Source of the DNA: Octopus vulgaris
Taxonomy: Eukaryota
Reading direction: 5' to 3'
DNA length: 64,000 bases
Assembly: GCA_951406725.2 (NCBI GenBank)
Contig: OX597836.1
Location: 36,022,001 to 36,086,000, forward strand
The notes under the pieces were generated by a model that made no database searches, was not told where the DNA came from, and saw only the letters and a program-made list of their open reading frames with translations. Positions 58,347-64,000 of the stretch are shown here, piece by piece. Position numbers and translations under genes: made by a program. Numbering within the stretch: the stretch's first letter is position 1; every line of letters starts with the position of its first letter.

Positions 58347-58352
<6 letters not shown>
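57935..58352 (-). mobile_element. Mariner transposon 5' fragment (TIR + HTH region)
   Basis: TKEDIRRMLLYGFNKGNKATE..INTVY..CQRWFQEFRTGDYNLDDEHRPGRS is a mariner N-terminal HTH; end attatgccatcgcatagataatgcggtttc next to (TA)n. Confidence 0.85.
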
Positions 58353-58397
<45 letters not shown>

Positions 58398-59123
58398 GTA
58401 TCCGTGTGAATTACATCAGACTGGGATGATTCAAATTGCATCACTACTTCTCTCCACTTGTCCTTGAAGAAGATTGTGCGAATCGTTAGCCGTCCCACTC
58501 ACCACGGCTAGTTATCTATTCCGTTTGTTTGTTTGTATCAGGTAATTTAATTAATAGGAAGATAATGTTAATTAAAGACAAAATAGAATCATTAAAATAT
58601 TTAATGTGTAGAAAATTAAACAAAGATTACATTGATTAAATATTGAAATATTCTATTGAATTTCGATTTCAATATCTTTAGATTTGATGTTTTATTAGTA
58701 GCAATAAACCATTCAATGTAATTCTAATGCTTTTCATATTATTAATTATAATTAATTACGAGCAAATTATATCATGATGGAGCACGAACAGAAAAGTTTT
58801 GAAGAACATTTGTCATATTTTGTGAATGAATATTAACCAAATTTATTTCGATTTTTTTCTTTAGCTTCTACTCAAAGCGCTTGTCGCAGTACGTGTCGGA
58901 ACTTTAGTTTGTATTGTGAACGTAATAATTGGTGTCAGATAGTGAGTACAGCTGGAATAGTTCCATGAAAGCATGCTCTTATGTTGTTTAAACGTTTGAT
59001 TCTCCCACCCACGTTGGTTTGTGAAAAGAGTTCTGCAGTTGCCGTACACTGACTCTGTTTTGTTTTACACAGTTATCTTAATCGTATGTCAAAATCATAA
59101 TCGCAGAAAAGCGGTTCGTGTGT

Positions 59124-59372
59124 GCATAGATAATGCGGTTTCTTCAATTGCTCGAACTAAAAGTCAGAGGTGGAGGAGATAAACTACTTGCATGAATTTG
59201 TTATAAAAGCAGATAGCAATTTTACCCTCCACTTATTCTTAGTGCAAGTTTTGAAGAGTGCAGTTCGATGTTAACACCTATTTTTTTCAAAGCAATAATG
59301 TAAGTGACAAAGGAAGATATTCGGCGTATGTTGCTTTATGGGTTCAATAAAGGCAACAAGGCAACAGAAAAT
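59124..59372 (+). mobile_element. Mariner 5' fragment, near-identical inverted copy of 58090..58337
   Basis: Reverse-complement match with few differences; same TKEDIRRMLLYGFNKGNKATEN. Confidence 0.85.
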
Positions 59373-59484
59373 CTATTAAGCCGTTTTATGTGTATATCAC
59401 TAAATTACATACGTACATACACAGGCATTCACACATTGCAATCACGGACACATGCACGCACACATATATATATATACAAGTTGC

Positions 59485-60350
59485 AGTGAATAAACTGTGG
59501 TCTAAATTACGCAAAATTATTCCAACAGATATATTTACCAAAATTACGTAATAATATCTTGAAATACTAAAGATTAAATTTATTCAATAAAATCGCCATT
59601 CGCTTCTACCACGGCTTCCAGACGACTTCGGAATCTCCTTAATACCCTTCTGGACGGTCTCTATATTTAATTTGCTGAATACTGCCATTACCTTTGCCTT
59701 CAGTTCATCTATGGGGTTACAAGGAGTTTTGTTGGTCTCTCGCTCAACTGCGCCCCACATATAATAATCAAGGGGTTTGCAGTCTGGTGAGTAAGGTGGA
59801 CAGATGTAAGGGGTAATGTGGTTGCAGAAATTCTCTGACAGTCATAACTGGGTTCTCCTGCTTCTGTGGCATGGTGCAGAGCCCTGCTACCAGACATAGA
59901 GTCTTCCAGCAGCCACCCTCTGGAGCAGCACCCAGAGCAGCATTACCTCATCCAAGCACTTGATCTAGGCCTCCGCGTTGAGTCTGAGGCCGTGTGGGAA
60001 AATGGATGGTGACATAACGTCACCATCAATAGTGGTCCCTCCAACCACCATGATGTTGACTAGATGTTTGACTTTTTTCAGTCTCGGTACATGTCGTCAG
60101 ATTGCACTGTCTTCAGATTCGCAGCAAGACACTCTGAAGTGTTCGTGTTGGAGCTTCCGGTGCAAATACCAAGCAGCGCATGTCGTTTCCAAATTTCTGG
60201 CAAAGTGAATAGTGTCATGGCGCTGCGTTTCTCACAGACGGTGTCCAACAGACCCTACTGTACTGTGTAGTCGACAAAATCGAAAACAAGCAATGTGCAC
60301 GCACGAAATAAAAAATATAATATGGTGACAGTTTACCCATCACAGCAGGT
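59485..60350 (-). mobile_element. DD37D (maT-type) Tc1/mariner transposon, internally deleted pseudogene
   Basis: KHLVNIMVVG..DGDVMSPSIFPHGLRLN; YVW*QGSAPCH...SPDCKPLDYYMWGAVERETNK with 37 residues between the (mutated) second Asp position and the third Asp. Confidence 0.8.
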
Positions 60351-60825
60351 ATGTATTTTAAAATTTTAGCACAAGGACAGTAATCTTGTGATCGGAAGTA
60401 AATCAATTAATTCGACTCCAGTACTCAAATGACATCTATGTTATTGATCCCGTAGGAATGAAAGGCTAAGTCAATCTCGGCGGAATTTGGACTAAGAACG
60501 TAAAAAGAGAAGAAATGGGGCAAAATAGTTAACCCGACGCATTAATGATCCTGTCTACTTGCCGCCTTCGATACAGATATATTGCTAATATTTCGTACAT
60601 GTAAGGTAGCGATCTGGTAGAATCGTTAGCAGGTTGGTTAAAATGCATTATGGCATTTCGTTCCTCTTCAGTACTGAGTTCAAATTCCACTATTGGTTCG
60701 TTGTGTTCCACTCGACCGTTCCCCTGCCACACTTGGAATTTTGCCTAAATTTGAATTTGTAGATGTATATATTCGTACAAATGTACACCGTGAAATGGAA
60801 TATACATATATAATATATGCATGTG

Positions 60826-60875
<50 letters not shown>

Positions 60876-61607
60876 GATAGATAAATATATATACTCATAC
60901 ACATACATATATATATATATATATACACACACATATATATACAAATATAAAATGCGAAAATTAGGAGAGAAGAGAGAAAGATAAGACGAGGGACGAGTGA
61001 GAATGTTGAACACGAAGTATGATTTGTTTTGATGCTACTACATGAAACATATACGTTCTATTGTCTTTGATGACAGTTCTGCGAGAAATAAAAGGAACTA
61101 TGGCAGTACTGACATATGTCAATACGTAAACAATATCTCTTCTGGATAGTAAACATCAAAACATTGCATGCTTTGAAGACGTAGATATATATAGTCATTG
61201 ATATAATATAACTTCGTATACAAATTTATTCTATCATCGTGTGATAAAACATGGTGTATTTGCTGCGTATCTAATCTGAGAAGTTTAAACATACATCAGC
61301 GACGCGACTTATGAAGAAAATGGCTGTGCTATGGAATATATCCAATGCAGAATATATAGTGTTGTATCTTTTTATATGATATCTTTGGAGACAGGATATA
61401 TTGCTAATGAGAACTATGGATGGTCACGAGAGAATATGAACATTATTATATATGTAAGTTTTTATATTTTTTCTTGCGTCTATCCTACGTGTACGTTTTG
61501 TAGCATTTAATGCATTTTTCATTTATTGACATATACATATGCACACACTCACGCATATGTCTGCACAGGCTCACATATTCATAAATGTGTGTGTATATAT
61601 ATGTATG

Positions 61608-61638
<31 letters not shown>

Positions 61639-61860
61639 GTATATGTGTGTGTGTGTATATACATATGTACATGCATATTTATATATGTATACACATATAT
61701 ATATATATATATGTATATGTATACATATATTTACATATATATACATGTACATATATATATGCATATATATATACCTTCATACACATATATGTATATGTAT
61801 ACAATATATTATTTTAATAGATCTCTATCTTTCTTTCTCTTTCCCTCTCTCTCTCTATCC

Positions 61861-61922
<62 letters not shown>

Positions 61923-61924
<2 letters not shown>

Positions 61925-62232
61925 AGGCGCAATGGCCAAGTGGTTAGGGCAGAGGACTCGCGGTCGCAGGATCGCGGTCTCGATTCCGAGACCGGGCGTT
62001 GTGTGTGTTTATTGAGCGAAAACACATGAAGCTCCACGAGGCACTGGCACTGGCAGGGGTTGGTGGCGGTCCCTGCAGTACTCTTTCGCCAGAACTTTCT
62101 CTCACACTTTCTTCTGTTGGCCTGCTCACTTAGCCAGCGGGGTGGCGTCATTTGAAGGCTAAAAACAATGCAAAGCGCATTGTGACCAGCGATATGTAGC
62201 AACATCTGATAGTCTGGTCGGGCACGGTGAAA
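61923..62232 (+). mobile_element. SINE family C variant with a third 3' part
   Basis: Same head; tail ..tgcaaagcgcattgtgaccagcg..; inserted in (TA)n. Confidence 0.8.
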
Positions 62233-62519
62233 TATATATATATATATACATAATGTATTCAATATATATTAATATATTAATACAATATCTTATTGTATTT
62301 TACTATACACTTTTACCGTTTCCAATTTTAGCGCTCCCTTTTCAATATTTGTTTTCTCATAAACTAATGCGTGTGATGGTTTCTCTTTAACCCGGAGTAA
62401 TTGTGGAAATATCTGATGAGAAACAAGTTTATATTGATCAAATTTCGAAATCATGTGATAAGTGTTTACCGAACAACTTCGTCCTCTGAGTTTATCTCGC
62501 CATAAATACAAGTTGTTGT

Positions 62520-62901
62520 GGAGGCGCAATGGCCCAGTGGTTAGGGCAGCGGACTTGCGGTCGTAGGATCGCGGTTTCGATTCCCAGACCGGGCGTTGTG
62601 AGTGTTTATTGAGCGAAAACACCTAAAACTCAACGAGGCTCCGGCAGGGGATGGTGGTGATCCCTGCTGTACTCTTTCACCACAACTTTTTCTCACTCTT
62701 ACTTCCTGTTTCTGTTGTACCTGTATTTCAAAGGGGCCGGCCTTGTCACTCTCTGTGTCACGCTGAATATCCCCGAGAACTACGTTAAGGGTACACGTGT
62801 CTGTGGAGTGCTCAGCCACTTACACGTTAATTTCACGAGCAGGCTGTTCCGTTGATCGGATCAACCGGAACCCTCGTCGTCGGAACCGACGGAGTGCTTC
62901 C
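62520..62901 (+). mobile_element. SINE family C
   Basis: Full-length; TSD-like acaagttgt. Confidence 0.9.
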
Positions 62902-64000
62902 ATCCACAAGTTGTGGCTTGCTGCTCGCTGACTCGAATATTTCACCTGTTTAGTGATTTTCTGAGTTCAATTTTAGCTCTCATTTCTAAAACTTGCCGGT
63001 GCCGTTTTGCTCCCTCTTTTCTCTTTTTCTCGTTCCCATCTCTCACATTTCTTGGCCTTCTTCTTTAATCTACCTGCTTTCCCTCCTCATTTATCTCCCT
63101 TGTACCTTTCTCTATGTCACTTTGATTTCCTCTCTTTCACGTTCTTCCCATGATTCTTCAATCCCTCTGCACCCTACCACTCTCCTTTCCTTTCACGTGA
63201 CCGGTGTTCGGCCAAGCATGATCTTACTATCTGGGTTCGACTACCGACCGCGAAGTATCTCTTACATTCCTGTCTCATGACTTTCCTCTCTTATGTTCAT
63301 CTCCTATGGTCCTGCCTCATAACTTTGACTCTACACTCGCCATCTCAACTTAATTCGTCCTTGGTGGTCAAAAGACACCTGCTGTTATGTTCTTGCTATT
63401 TATATTTCTAAATGTGTAACATTTTATCCGTTTTTTGTCTTTGTTGTCGTACACATTCGCTTGCATACTCCCCAAAATTGTAAAGCTCATAGCTTAGATT
63501 TTTGGTGCCAGCCAGATTTGAGCAGTATGAAATGTAATGGGCCGAAACTGTTATGATTGTGTGGATATTTGACTGATGAAAGGTTGCTGCGAATGACCCG
63601 TCCCTATTTTTTTTCCTCTCTGACTTATAATTGATATTCCTATCCGTCTTTTTATCGTCTGTCCAGATGTTTCGTTGTCATCTTTTGCGTTAGTGTTCCA
63701 TTTTAAAGATTGATATATATATATATATATATACCTTTTGCTTTTTTCAGCCATTATTAGCCTGCGGCTATGGTGGGGCACAACCTTGAAGCGTTTTTAG
63801 TAAGATGATTCGACCCAGGTATAATTTTCTAAGCCCAGTACTCTTTTGCTGGACGGGACGCAAAGAAAACAGCCCCGGCCATCAAGCGGCGTTGGAGTGC
63901 CAAATAAACGCCTTGTTCCTGAAGATGCGGAAGATTGGGCTTCAGACGAAACCCCTTGGTTACGAAGCTGCAAACTTTTAACGCGTAAACAGTGCATAAT

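Noticed and set aside
57877-60350. Functional or domesticated transposase (SETMAR-like)
   Set aside because: The mariner piece is truncated after the HTH; the maT piece has stops, a large deletion and a mutated catalytic Asp; no SET domain is nearby.

Overview
AT-rich, microsatellite- and transposon-dense eukaryotic DNA, most likely an octopus (coleoid cephalopod) genome; the organism is inferred from repeat content, not proven. The only convincing protein-coding gene is a 410-aa class A GPCR with an uninterrupted CDS (17272..18504, minus) of the allatostatin-C/somatostatin receptor family. A splice acceptor at ~18884 implies an unlocated upstream non-coding exon. The rest is repeats: three tRNA-headed SINE families (labelled A, B, C here), decayed R4/Dong-type and RTE LINE fragments, Penelope-like remnants with hammerhead-ribozyme cores, mariner and DD37D (maT) relics, two non-autonomous Helitrons, MITE-like elements, and long (TA)n/(TAA)n/(CTA)n tracts that explain most ORFs in the track. 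Most notable: (1) an apparently exact copy of 35073..35448 re-inserted 17.7 kb away as direct piece + unrelated AT-rich filler + inverted piece; (2) SINE-A 'one head + n bodies' multimers sharing a self-complementary junction GAAATA-GG-TATTTC at many loci; (3) a near-complete type I hammerhead at 7040..7088 and a tRNA-headed element with a hammerhead-like core. No new protein-based system is supported. All alignments were done by eye and repeat boundaries are approximate.
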